Shown: one piece after another, positions 33,221 through 42,532 of the stretch
How positions within the stretch are numbered: position 1 is the stretch's first letter
How the letters are laid out: each line of letters opens with the position of its first letter
Assembly: GCA_021463485.1 (NCBI GenBank)
Contig: JAJTYJ010000001.1
Location: 205,932 to 253,146, forward strand
Source: a bacterium
GTDB lineage: Bacteria; Patescibacteriota; UBA1384; 2-12-FULL-50-11
Direction: 5' to 3'
DNA: 47,215 bases
Notes under the pieces: model-generated
Database searches by the model: none
Told to the model about the DNA's origin: nothing
Seen by the model: the letters and a program-made list of their open reading frames with translations, nothing else
Made by a program: the position numbers and the translations under genes

Positions 33221-35303
33221 TAAGGCTAAATTTTGGTATTTTTTAGGGTTAACTCTGTTATTGTTACCAATTTTATATAACGCCATCTACTATCGATCGA
33301 GTATTGTGTTTGAGTCTTCTGTGTACTCGCTGGACTACCAAAAGTATTTTAGCGACTTATTCGTGGAGAATAGTAATTTCTTTACTGGGGTACATTCCAT
33401 CCAGTTAGTCAGTTATTTTACCTTGTACGCGCTGTTCTTCGTCGCAAGCCTTATATTTGGGAATGGCCTAGGCTACTTCCTTGTACTCGGGCTCTTTTAC
33501 GTACTTGGCTACCACTATCTAATACGACTTCTCCAACACCTTCGCATAAAACTTACCGTCGTCGATTTAGGAGAGAAAGACGTCCTTCTCCCAGTACTTA
33601 TATCCCTGACGTTCTTTAGCTCTTTGGCTGTCTTTAATTTTTTGAAAAGTAATATTATCTTTCTGCTCCCTTACTTAACCCTTCCCGCTTTTCTGTATTG
33701 GGCAGTTCGATATATGGAAACGAAAAAACCACATTACCTTTTACTACTGCTTGGCTTAACAATTATTGCAACGAGCTTTAACTTCACTCACTTGTTAATA
33801 GTTTGGCTCTTTACTGCTATATTCTCGATCTATTACGGAAAGGTTGTCAGTCAACAGTTAACCAAAGATACTCTCGCTCGGGCTGGTACGATTATAACGC
33901 TTTTTTTGCCTAGCCTTATTTTTACGGTAACGGTTATCGTGACGAATTCACTATACGGCGGTTCTGTTTCTGAATTCGCCGGCGTAATAACTGAAGATTT
34001 TTACAGTTTTGGGGCAAGATTTCTTAGAATCATGCTACAGACGACCGACTGGGGATTATTCGGCTCCTGGCAGGGCGAGCTCTACTACGCCTTCTCTCCG
34101 TACTATCAACGTATCGCCACTGGGATATTAGGACTTCTCCCGTATGTGGCTATGCTATTACTACTAATACGTCCTGCTAAGAATCGAGCATCGCTCGCAG
34201 CGCTTTGGCTGATTGTAATCTCTTTGGTTATTTTTCAGTTCATGCTTGGTTCGAATAACCCCATCTACCGCTATCTGTACGAAAACGTATTTGGCTTCCA
34301 GGTCTTTCGAAACATTACCAAGGCTGCCCCACTTCTCCTTTTAACAATATTAATGGGGTTGTTCATGCTTTCGTACTCGTACCGCACCCAACTGGCTCGG
34401 ACATTAGTCGTGTCAGTGCTTGCAATCTCCCTTCTCTATAACTTGCCCCACTGGACGGCTGCAAGTACCTTCTTTAAAGATAGGGCTGTTAAAAGTATCC
34501 CAGAGTATTGGTATGACACCGCAGCGTATCTGACGACTACGCTAGATCACAACGACAGAGTGCTGGTATTGCCGGCAAGTTATATCGTCGAGCAGTACCG
34601 TTGGGGTGGTGCGGTGAAGAATGTTCAGGGGCACCTTCTTGACGTACTTTTACCGAACGAGATTGAAACGTATCGGATTGGCGAAATTCTTATCGGACCG
34701 ATCGAGATGCAGAAAGATATGGCTAAACTTTTTACTAGGAGTGATCTGTCTGTTCGGCAGAAAGATATTGATTACGAGTCGTTGACTGCGTTTGTCGAGA
34801 AGTACGGCATGAACTACGTCGTTGTTAGTTCAGACTTAGTTAGTGAGTATCAGAAAGATAAGGATATTCGAGCTTGGTTAGATAAATCCGACTATGAACA
34901 AGTAGCTACGTTCGGCGAAATTGATATATATGCCAACAACCAATTAGACGATCACTTGCCAGACCCAAGTAGTGTTACAAGAGTTAGTAGTACTGAGTAT
35001 CGCGTAAGCGTCAAGCCGGGTAATTCGGAGATAAAGGCCGCGACGTATAGCGAAAACTGGAAGGTATTTCGTCTTGATGGTAGAGAAGTGCTAACGGATT
35101 CACACATGGTCGGGCCGGGGTATAGGAATGTATGGAAGGTTGATGAATTACTAAAATCAGAAGTTGAGAGGAATGGGCAAGTTGAATTACGGTTATATTT
35201 CCAACCCGCTCGGTACCTTCCCCTCGGTGTAGGGGCGAGCTTGGTGCTCCTGCTTGGACTAACAGCTATTATTAGTTACTCTTTATGGAGAAGAAAACCA
35301 TAA
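33207..35303 (+). CDS. GT-C membrane protein, AftD/arabinofuranosyltransferase-like
   Basis: About 12 TM helices; FQVFRNITK, IPEYWYDTAAYL, RVLVLP and YSENWK...GYRNVW motifs; C-terminal TM; start placed at ATG 33207. Confidence 0.7.
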   Translation: MVKNSKAKFWYFLGLTLLLLPILYNAIYYRSSIVFESSVYSLDYQKYFSDLFVENSNFFTGVHSIQLVSYFTLYALFFVASLIFGNGLGYFLVLGLFYVLGYHYLIRLLQHLRIKLTVVDLGEKDVLLPVLISLTFFSSLAVFNFLKSNIIFLLPYLTLPAFLYWAVRYMETKKPHYLLLLLGLTIIATSFNFTHLLIVWLFTAIFSIYYGKVVSQQLTKDTLARAGTIITLFLPSLIFTVTVIVTNSLYGGSVSEFAGVITEDFYSFGARFLRIMLQTTDWGLFGSWQGELYYAFSPYYQRIATGILGLLPYVAMLLLLIRPAKNRASLAALWLIVISLVIFQFMLGSNNPIYRYLYENVFGFQVFRNITKAAPLLLLTILMGLFMLSYSYRTQLARTLVVSVLAISLLYNLPHWTAASTFFKDRAVKSIPEYWYDTAAYLTTTLDHNDRVLVLPASYIVEQYRWGGAVKNVQGHLLDVLLPNEIETYRIGEILIGPIEMQKDMAKLFTRSDLSVRQKDIDYESLTAFVEKYGMNYVVVSSDLVSEYQKDKDIRAWLDKSDYEQVATFGEIDIYANNQLDDHLPDPSSVTRVSSTEYRVSVKPGNSEIKAATYSENWKVFRLDGREVLTDSHMVGPGYRNVWKVDELLKSEVERNGQVELRLYFQPARYLPLGVGASLVLLLGLTAIISYSLWRRKP

Positions 35304-36784
35304 TGTTACGGTATTATTACTATCGCTATCGATACATCTTACTACTCTTCCTGTTTCTCTTAGTTTTTGGATTAAAAGTTTCTCCACCTTCCGCGCCTCT
35401 TACCGACAGGAACATCTTTCAGTTAAATGAAGAGCAGCATCGTTTTATATTATTCGATAAAATCCCTACAATTGCCGGTAAAAAATACCGTATTACGTTT
35501 TCTGCCCGACTAGCTCCAAAGGATGTTTTGCGAACTAGAAGTACATTTATTGAGGAGCCTAAGATTGCGTTGTACCGATCAGCTGAGCTGATCACGACCA
35601 CCAAGCTACTTACCACCACGCTCCGGAGTGTAGGAGACTGGCAATATCATACTGTTGAGTTTATGGGGAGCGGTTACGAAGAAAATTTTTACGTTGAAAA
35701 AGAAAAGTCAGCCGGAGCGCTACTTATTGCGCTCCGACCGTTAACAATTTCCTCACTTTTCGATGAGGGGCCTTATCGGACAACCGTATTTGGTGAGGGT
35801 AAGTCGGAACAAATATTTGCAATTGGCGATAACAACACGAACGTTGAGTATAAGGGGGTGGCTGGTTTGAGTAGCTTCGCATTCCAGCCGCTCCCAGAGC
35901 GCCTTACAAACATCGCTTCAATCGAATTGTTGGTCTCTCAAACGGGTTTTGGGGGCAGCGGCAAATACAAAATTTCAATTCGTGATATTAGTCAGACAGA
36001 GGATCGAATTATAGTTGGGGAAGAAATTTCCGCTCTCTCATTCTCGACTGCAGATTTGTTGAGTTACTCATTGGGGGAAAATTGGTACAGGTTCCCAGTT
36101 ACGGCAGTCCTTGAGCCAGAAAAACAATACGGGCTTATTATCGACAGCAGCGAAGTTCGAACAAGCCCATTTCATTTCCTATCATTTGGGCTAGTTCCTG
36201 CTTCTAGCCCTTCTCAGCAAATGTATCTTTTAAGAAACACGAGCAAACTCAACAGCCCGTTGTCGTCACATCTTGCGATGAAACTATATGCGCGAAAGCC
36301 CACAATGCTACAGGGTTCCGCAATGCTTGAAGGGCAGGTACTTGAGGATCGAGGAGAATCCTTATTAATGACATACGAGGCGTGGAGAGAACCAACTCAT
36401 TTGTTAGATCTAAGTAATATAATGGTAGGGAAAAATTACACCGGACCGCTCTACTCCGAGAAGAATAAGCGAGTTGAGATGAAAGTAACTAGTGACGCTA
36501 GTTATGAGTATAAGTTGCCATTAGGCGGTCAGCTAATACGGGCAGAAGTTGCCTACACAACAACCAGCCCGGCTAGCCCAGATATTCGGGTTTCGTACTC
36601 GCTTGATGGCCAGAACTGGAGTTCGCTCGATCCCGAGCAATGGGCGCTGAGTGGTTTAGTAAGGAAACAAATTACTGGTTCAGGTTCGATGATTTGGATT
36701 CGAGTCTCCTACCTACCCAATACTGACACGGATGCAGTTTTTGGGTTAGACCAGTTGCGCGTGGTAGCAGAGGTAAAAAAATGA
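35285..36784 (+). CDS. Membrane-anchored extracellular protein with CBM/beta-sandwich-like domains
   Basis: N-terminal TM; GKKYRITFSAR, GDWQYHTVEF and YSLDGQNW segments; start could be ATG 35303. Confidence 0.65.
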   Translation: MEKKTIMLRYYYYRYRYILLLFLFLLVFGLKVSPPSAPLTDRNIFQLNEEQHRFILFDKIPTIAGKKYRITFSARLAPKDVLRTRSTFIEEPKIALYRSAELITTTKLLTTTLRSVGDWQYHTVEFMGSGYEENFYVEKEKSAGALLIALRPLTISSLFDEGPYRTTVFGEGKSEQIFAIGDNNTNVEYKGVAGLSSFAFQPLPERLTNIASIELLVSQTGFGGSGKYKISIRDISQTEDRIIVGEEISALSFSTADLLSYSLGENWYRFPVTAVLEPEKQYGLIIDSSEVRTSPFHFLSFGLVPASSPSQQMYLLRNTSKLNSPLSSHLAMKLYARKPTMLQGSAMLEGQVLEDRGESLLMTYEAWREPTHLLDLSNIMVGKNYTGPLYSEKNKRVEMKVTSDASYEYKLPLGGQLIRAEVAYTTTSPASPDIRVSYSLDGQNWSSLDPEQWALSGLVRKQITGSGSMIWIRVSYLPNTDTDAVFGLDQLRVVAEVKK

Positions 36785-37134
36785 TTAGAGAAAATTTGAG
36801 TAGGCTATTTGCCTTAATTAGTACCTCACTTAAGGAATATCCAGTTGCTGATGCAGTTGTAGCATCGCTCGCGGTAATTCTAGGGGTTTACTTAGATTGG
36901 CCTGTCGCAACGGCATTAATTTTCGGGGTATTTATTTGGGTGATGCTGCGCCCAGTCGCGACCGAGCTACTCGCTAAAGCCAGTTTGGCAGCATTGGGTG
37001 GAGTTGCGCTGCTGTTATTAGCAGGTAGGGACGATAGAGCTGAAACAATGGCTGCTATAAGTTATTACCTGTTAGCTATAACGGTTGTGGTGCTAATCCG
37101 CGAGCGATTTAACTCTAATGACGAAGCAGAGTAA
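36781..37134 (+). CDS. Small four-TM membrane protein
   Basis: Hydrophobic 117-aa ORF overlapping both neighbours; AETMAAISYYLLAITVV. Confidence 0.7.
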   Translation: MIRENLSRLFALISTSLKEYPVADAVVASLAVILGVYLDWPVATALIFGVFIWVMLRPVATELLAKASLAALGGVALLLLAGRDDRAETMAAISYYLLAITVVVLIRERFNSNDEAE

Positions 37135-39226
37135 AGAGCGGGGTTTATTTGCTCTAATTTTGCTAGCAGGTGTAGTTGCAACGTGGTTCAGGTTCGGTTC
37201 TGGAGCCGGTAATTATTGGGATGGTATATTCCCCTACTGGGGTGAGCAGATACCAACTTGGGTTGCGTCGTTGTTATCAAGTTGGAACCAGACAGGGCTC
37301 GGTAGCCCGATTGCATATACAACCGGCAGTCTCGTAACCATATTATATCTTCCACTTTATTATTTATTCCGAACCCCAGAACTTATTCTATTTATTACAG
37401 TTGCTTCACTTCTATTTGGTGCAGCGTACGGGGTATTTTTACTTGTTCGTCGCGTCAACCCATTGTTACCGTTTTGGGCTGCGGCACTACTAGGGATACT
37501 CTCGGTTGTTAACCCCGCAATTTTTTATAAGTTGTTGGCAGGTCACCTGTATTACTTGGTTGGTTATTTTGGGTTTATCTATTTGCTATTGTCGCTGTTT
37601 AGCCAAATAACCTGGACGAAACGATCGACGGTATTATTAGGGCTACTGCTAGCACTAACGGCAAGTCAGATTCAATTTTTCGTTTTCTCAATTATTGCCG
37701 TAATAACGTGGTGGGCGCTACATAGGCGCTTTGTCCACTATAAATATTTGTTGGGTGCGTTTGGACTGGCGCTAGTGATTCACAGCTACTGGATTAGTGG
37801 TTTCATTTTCGGAATTCACAACATTTCTGGGTTGAGCCAGTGGGCAAGCCAAAACTCGTTTGGCGGTTTAAGTGGTGCGCTCTATCAAAATATCGTTCGA
37901 CTAAACTTTTCCGACGGCACTTTTATTAATCGATTCTTTAGTGGGCCGCTCTCTCTTGCTGGGCTAACACTGGTTGCGTTATTACCCTTATTACTTAGTG
38001 GTACGCGCCGTGTCTCAAAAACCACACTCTACTTTTTAATACTGTTTGTGATTTTCGTTTTTTTAAGTACGGGGGTATTTCATCAATACAATATCCCAAT
38101 CATAGGGATACTCTTCCCAATGTTGCGCGAAGTTGGCCACGTCGCACCTTTAGTAGTTTTGAGTCTGGTATTAGCAATCGGCAGTATCGGCGTACCACAG
38201 CCCAGGATGTTACGAGCCTTATTCTCGGGACTATTAGGGGTAATTATTACAATTAATCTTGTGGTCTATTGGCAATATATCCCAAGAGTGAATTTTGATC
38301 AGGCACGAGCAGAGTTTAACGCATTTTACGAGGTTAATAAGCTAGATAGTAGTACGCACCGCCTGCTTAGCTATCCATTTTTCAACCAATATCGATTTAT
38401 AAATCAAGATCAGACCGTAAAGATGGGCACGCCCATGAGTAATAGTGGCTGGGATAGTTTTACTATATTTTCTGGGAAAGAGTACGTCGATAACGCAATT
38501 CAGGCTGATCCGAATATTTTTCAAGAGTCAATCCAGTATCGGTTTATTACCTCATACGATACAGATGTTTTGCGTCCTTATAACGTTAAGTATATATACG
38601 ATTACTCAAAAATTTACGAATCCTACATAGAGGATTTTAGCGCCAAGTCCGTGTACGGTGGCGATAATAGTGTTGTCCAGAATGACCCAGATTTCATAAA
38701 AAATATTTTAAATAGGAATACTAATGCTGTGGAAGTGTCTCCGGGCGTTGTTCAGCTCAAGGATGTCCTCCCAAGAGTAGTTGTTAGTAGTGGTACATTC
38801 ACCAAAGTTACCCCAACCGAATATAGGGTAACACTGCCAGGTAGTAGCTCTAGTAGTATTGAGTTTTTAACCAGTTTTCATCCGGGGTGGAAGTTGGTTA
38901 AGGAGCGTGACGCTAGTAAGGCTGTAACGTGTCAAGATCCCGTTACTTACGAGAACGGTACACGTGAGTGTGTTGGGCAAAAAAAAGTTTTCTCTGGCGA
39001 TGAGCTAAGACTCTTTCTTGCTCAGGGTAGTAACTCAGGTCGAAGTTCGGAATTCGATTACGCGAACTCATGGTCTACAGCTGGTAACGACAACGACCAA
39101 ACAACTTATACTATCTTTTTCACTCATCAGGCTCGCTATATGCTCTTTATGCTACTTTCGGCTGCTACCGTCCTTACCTGCCTGTTATATCTTTTAGTTA
39201 AAAAAGCCCCAGCTAAGTTAAGCTAG
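37118..39226 (+). CDS. GT-C membrane protein, AftD/arabinofuranosyltransferase-like
   Basis: WD..FP, SSWNQTGLGSP, NPAIFYKLLAGH, FPMLRE, RLLSYP and SFHPGWK...YANSW motifs; distant paralog of 33207-35303. Confidence 0.7.
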   Translation: MTKQSKERGLFALILLAGVVATWFRFGSGAGNYWDGIFPYWGEQIPTWVASLLSSWNQTGLGSPIAYTTGSLVTILYLPLYYLFRTPELILFITVASLLFGAAYGVFLLVRRVNPLLPFWAAALLGILSVVNPAIFYKLLAGHLYYLVGYFGFIYLLLSLFSQITWTKRSTVLLGLLLALTASQIQFFVFSIIAVITWWALHRRFVHYKYLLGAFGLALVIHSYWISGFIFGIHNISGLSQWASQNSFGGLSGALYQNIVRLNFSDGTFINRFFSGPLSLAGLTLVALLPLLLSGTRRVSKTTLYFLILFVIFVFLSTGVFHQYNIPIIGILFPMLREVGHVAPLVVLSLVLAIGSIGVPQPRMLRALFSGLLGVIITINLVVYWQYIPRVNFDQARAEFNAFYEVNKLDSSTHRLLSYPFFNQYRFINQDQTVKMGTPMSNSGWDSFTIFSGKEYVDNAIQADPNIFQESIQYRFITSYDTDVLRPYNVKYIYDYSKIYESYIEDFSAKSVYGGDNSVVQNDPDFIKNILNRNTNAVEVSPGVVQLKDVLPRVVVSSGTFTKVTPTEYRVTLPGSSSSSIEFLTSFHPGWKLVKERDASKAVTCQDPVTYENGTRECVGQKKVFSGDELRLFLAQGSNSGRSSEFDYANSWSTAGNDNDQTTYTIFFTHQARYMLFMLLSAATVLTCLLYLLVKKAPAKLS

Positions 39227-40312
39227 GGCGAGCGCTCGAACGTGACGAGCAAGGGCAAGACTGGCCGTTAGGCCGGGTGATTCTATACCGATTAGATTCA
39301 ACATCGGTAGGACAGGATGACGCTCGATCACGAAATCACTCTCGATTGGTTCATCAGTGGTCTTCGGTCGGATTCCTGAAAACGCCCAAGAAATATCCGC
39401 AGTAGTTATGCTCGGAAGGAAAGACCGAACCGCGCTAAGGAACTTTTCAGGAGGTGTTTTGTCCGACCTGTAGTCGTCGGGGCTTGAGACGCGTTTTGTG
39501 TTCGGCCCGAGTAAGATTCGACCATCGGTTGTGGGTGTGAGATGAATGCCAAGCCCCTTACTGTGCCTGGGTGGGAGCGGATAGACGAGACCGTTTGCCG
39601 TAATTCCTGCCGATGGCTCGATTTCGTAGTATTCGCCGCGATAGTAGTAGTGCTGGAATTGCACATCAGCGAGTCGAGCGACTTGGTCGGCGTATAAACC
39701 TGCGGCGTTAACCACGACACTCGCCCGGAACCGCGAGGAGCCAGCAGTAACTACTAAGCCTGAATTAACCGGCTCGATCGCAGTTACCTCCCTACAGCAG
39801 TCTATAGTTGTGCTGCTATTTCCCATGTCATCGATTAAGGCGGTCAGGAAGGCGCACTGGTCGATGATGCGAACACCTGGCACGTGGACACCGAGCAAGC
39901 AGCGTACAGATGGTTCAACGGTACGTATCGCTCGGCCACTTCTTACTTCTATGTGAATGTCTTGTTCGCGTGCGCGCTGTAGCAGCCTTGTGAATTGCTT
40001 GAGCTGCCCTACCTGTGTGAAGCAATCTTGCGCAGTGACGACGATATGCATTCCAACCTCTCGATTTGGGACGTTGAATTGCTGACAAAAGTCTCGAACA
40101 AGCGCGCTCCCCTCACGCGCTAACCGTGCCTTGAGAAAGCTCGGTGGTAAGTGGATGCCTGAGTGGATGACGCCGCTATTATACCGACTCGTTTCCATTC
40201 CCGGGCGCTCTCGTCGTTCTAGAACCAGTACTGATCCGTGCACCGAGAGCTCTCTTGCGATAGCGCAACCAACTACACCTGCGCCAATAACGATGAAGTC
40301 GTAAGTTTTCAT
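39218..40312 (-). CDS. FAD-dependent oxidoreductase, L-2-hydroxyglutarate oxidase (LhgO)-like
   Basis: IGAGVVG, TSRYNSGVIHSG, RGEY, GLGIHLT, GIRPK and GIESPGLTAS motifs; start placed at ATG 40312. Confidence 0.9.
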   Translation of the reverse strand: MKTYDFIVIGAGVVGCAIARELSVHGSVLVLERRERPGMETSRYNSGVIHSGIHLPPSFLKARLAREGSALVRDFCQQFNVPNREVGMHIVVTAQDCFTQVGQLKQFTRLLQRAREQDIHIEVRSGRAIRTVEPSVRCLLGVHVPGVRIIDQCAFLTALIDDMGNSSTTIDCCREVTAIEPVNSGLVVTAGSSRFRASVVVNAAGLYADQVARLADVQFQHYYYRGEYYEIEPSAGITANGLVYPLPPRHSKGLGIHLTPTTDGRILLGPNTKRVSSPDDYRSDKTPPEKFLSAVRSFLPSITTADISWAFSGIRPKTTDEPIESDFVIERHPVLPMLNLIGIESPGLTASLALARHVRALALA

Positions 40313-40403
40313 AATTTCTAGGTACAAACAGTGGCAGTATAAACCTGTAAACATTTTTTTCAAGCTTTGACTCACGCGTGGATGATTGGTATGAACGTAT
40401 TGG

Positions 40404-41510
40404 ATGATAAAAATTGTTCAACCAATTATCGAAGCCGAGGAGGTTGACGGTGTTGTCGCTGTACTCAAATCAGGAATAATTGCTCAAGGGCCAGTTACGA
40501 AAGAGTTTGAAGAGAACTTCGCCAAGCAGTGCGGGTCTAAGTTCGCAGTTGCAACTAGTAACGGTACGACAGCGCTACACGCGGCACTATATGCCGCTGG
40601 AGTTAGCGCTGGTGACAGCGTCATTACGACACCATTTACGTTTGTTGCCACTGCAAATGCAATTTTGATGCAAGGCGCAAAACCAGTATTTGTTGACGTT
40701 GACGAGGAAACCTTCTGTATCAACACAAAACTAATTAATGAAGCAATTAGAGAAGACACAAAAGCGCTTTTGCCAGTTGACCTGTACGGTCAACCATCTG
40801 AAGTTCAAGAATTAGAATCAATCGCAAAAAAACATTCTCTTAAATTGATTTTCGACGCCTGTCAGGCCATTGGTGCAACGTATAACAACAGACCAGTTGG
40901 CTCATTTGGTGACGCTAGTTGCTTTTCTTTGTACGCAACAAAAAACATCACAACTGGTGAAGGTGGGATGATTACCACTAATAGTGAGAAAATATTTGAG
41001 CTAGCTAAACAATTCAGACATCACGGGCAATCTGAGAGTCAGCGTTATGAGTATTTAGATTTAGGCTATAACTATCGGACAACAGATTTTGCGTCTGCGA
41101 TCGGTAACGCTCAACTTAAGAAGCTAGAGCGGTTCACAAAAGCTAGACAAGAAAACGCCGCCTACTATACGAAATCATTCAATAATATCCCAGGGTTGAT
41201 TACCCCTAGGGTTGCACCAAATAGAACTCATGTTTTTCATCAATACACGTTGCGTATTACCGAAGACTTCCCGATAGATCGAGACCAGTTTGTCGAACGA
41301 CTAAAGGCAAAAGAGATAATGGTAGGCGTATACTATCCGAAGCCGCTCCACCTCTTCCCACAATTCAAGAGCTTGGGACACCGAGAAGGTGACTTTCCGG
41401 TTGCGGAGAAGCTCTGCAAGGAAGTTGTGTCGCTGCCGGTTCACCCTCTGCTGTCAGAGACAGATAGGCAAAAAGTTGTAGAAGAAATTATTAATTTATC
41501 AAAGGAGTAG
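40404..41510 (+). CDS. DegT/DnrJ/EryC1/StrS sugar aminotransferase, WbpE-like
   Basis: SNGTTALH, TPFTFVATAN, PVDLYGQ, DACQAIG, SLYATKNITTGEGG and GYNYR motifs. Confidence 0.95.
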   Translation: MIKIVQPIIEAEEVDGVVAVLKSGIIAQGPVTKEFEENFAKQCGSKFAVATSNGTTALHAALYAAGVSAGDSVITTPFTFVATANAILMQGAKPVFVDVDEETFCINTKLINEAIREDTKALLPVDLYGQPSEVQELESIAKKHSLKLIFDACQAIGATYNNRPVGSFGDASCFSLYATKNITTGEGGMITTNSEKIFELAKQFRHHGQSESQRYEYLDLGYNYRTTDFASAIGNAQLKKLERFTKARQENAAYYTKSFNNIPGLITPRVAPNRTHVFHQYTLRITEDFPIDRDQFVERLKAKEIMVGVYYPKPLHLFPQFKSLGHREGDFPVAEKLCKEVVSLPVHPLLSETDRQKVVEEIINLSKE

Positions 41511-41512
41511 CT

Positions 41513-42532
41513 ATGGCTAAATACAAAGTTGGCATTATCGGTTGCGGAATGATATTTGATCGTCACCTTGAGGCCATTCGTGCCAATAGCGACCATTTTG
41601 AGCTAGTGGCACTATGCGACATTGACCCAAAAAAGACTGAGCATAGGTCGAAAGAGTACCAAGTCCCCGGCTTTACCGACTACAAAGAAATGCTGCAAAA
41701 GATGAAGGGGAAGATGACTATGGTTACGATTGCGACTCCAAACAGCCTTCACTATCAACAGGCAATCGACTCGCTTCAGGCTGGTTACGATATCTTGGTG
41801 GAAAAACCGATCGACTTTATAGAATCCCGAGTACAAGAGATAGCAAATGTTGCTAAAAAGCTACAACGTAACGCGTATGCTGTGCTACAGGTCCGCTACA
41901 ATCCAACTGTCAGTATGGTCAGAGAAGCACTAGACCAAAAGTTATTTGGTGATATTCGTTCGGTTAGTCTGATCCAGCGCTGGCAGCGGCCGCTGAGTTA
42001 CTTCGAGTCATGGAGAGCTGATATTAATGTTGGTGGTAGAACTCTTTATGAAGTGGGTATTCATTATCTTGACATCGTACAGCTACTCTTCGGCGTCCCA
42101 ACGGTCAAAGCTTCGGCAAGTTTTAACAACAAACATAAGCACGTTACATTTGAAGATACCGTCTTTGGGATTTTACAATTTCCAAACGGTGCGTCGGGGT
42201 CGCTGGAAGTAACAATCGCTTCTGAGCCATCAAACCTAGAGTGCTCGATCGCCGTGCTTGGCTCAGAGGGTTTTATTAAGATAGGTGGTCGAGCGCTCGA
42301 CCAAGTTGAGAGGGTAATGTTCTCTAATGATCTAGTTACGAGAAAATGGGAGAAGCTCGTTGCAAACCACGGCGAGTCACTCGAGCCGAATTCTTACGGC
42401 ACTCACGCCGGTTCGTGCCCAAACCACCCAACGCTTTATCAGGAAATAGGCAGTGGAAACGGAATAAAGCTGGAAGACGCAGTTAACTCGATCAAATTTA
42501 TCGAGAGTGTTTACGCTAAAGAAGTTGTTTAG
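41513..42532 (+). CDS. Gfo/Idh/MocA oxidoreductase, WbpB/WlbA-like
   Basis: GIIGCG, ATPNSLH, VEKP, QVRYNP, WQRPLSYF, GIHYLD and NLECSI motifs. Confidence 0.9.
   Translation: MAKYKVGIIGCGMIFDRHLEAIRANSDHFELVALCDIDPKKTEHRSKEYQVPGFTDYKEMLQKMKGKMTMVTIATPNSLHYQQAIDSLQAGYDILVEKPIDFIESRVQEIANVAKKLQRNAYAVLQVRYNPTVSMVREALDQKLFGDIRSVSLIQRWQRPLSYFESWRADINVGGRTLYEVGIHYLDIVQLLFGVPTVKASASFNNKHKHVTFEDTVFGILQFPNGASGSLEVTIASEPSNLECSIAVLGSEGFIKIGGRALDQVERVMFSNDLVTRKWEKLVANHGESLEPNSYGTHAGSCPNHPTLYQEIGSGNGIKLEDAVNSIKFIESVYAKEVV

Noticed and set aside
39218-40312. FAD oxidoreductase as DprE1 of the pentose pathway
   Set aside because: Its motifs are those of the LhgO/DAO family, not the vanillyl-alcohol-oxidase-type fold of DprE1.
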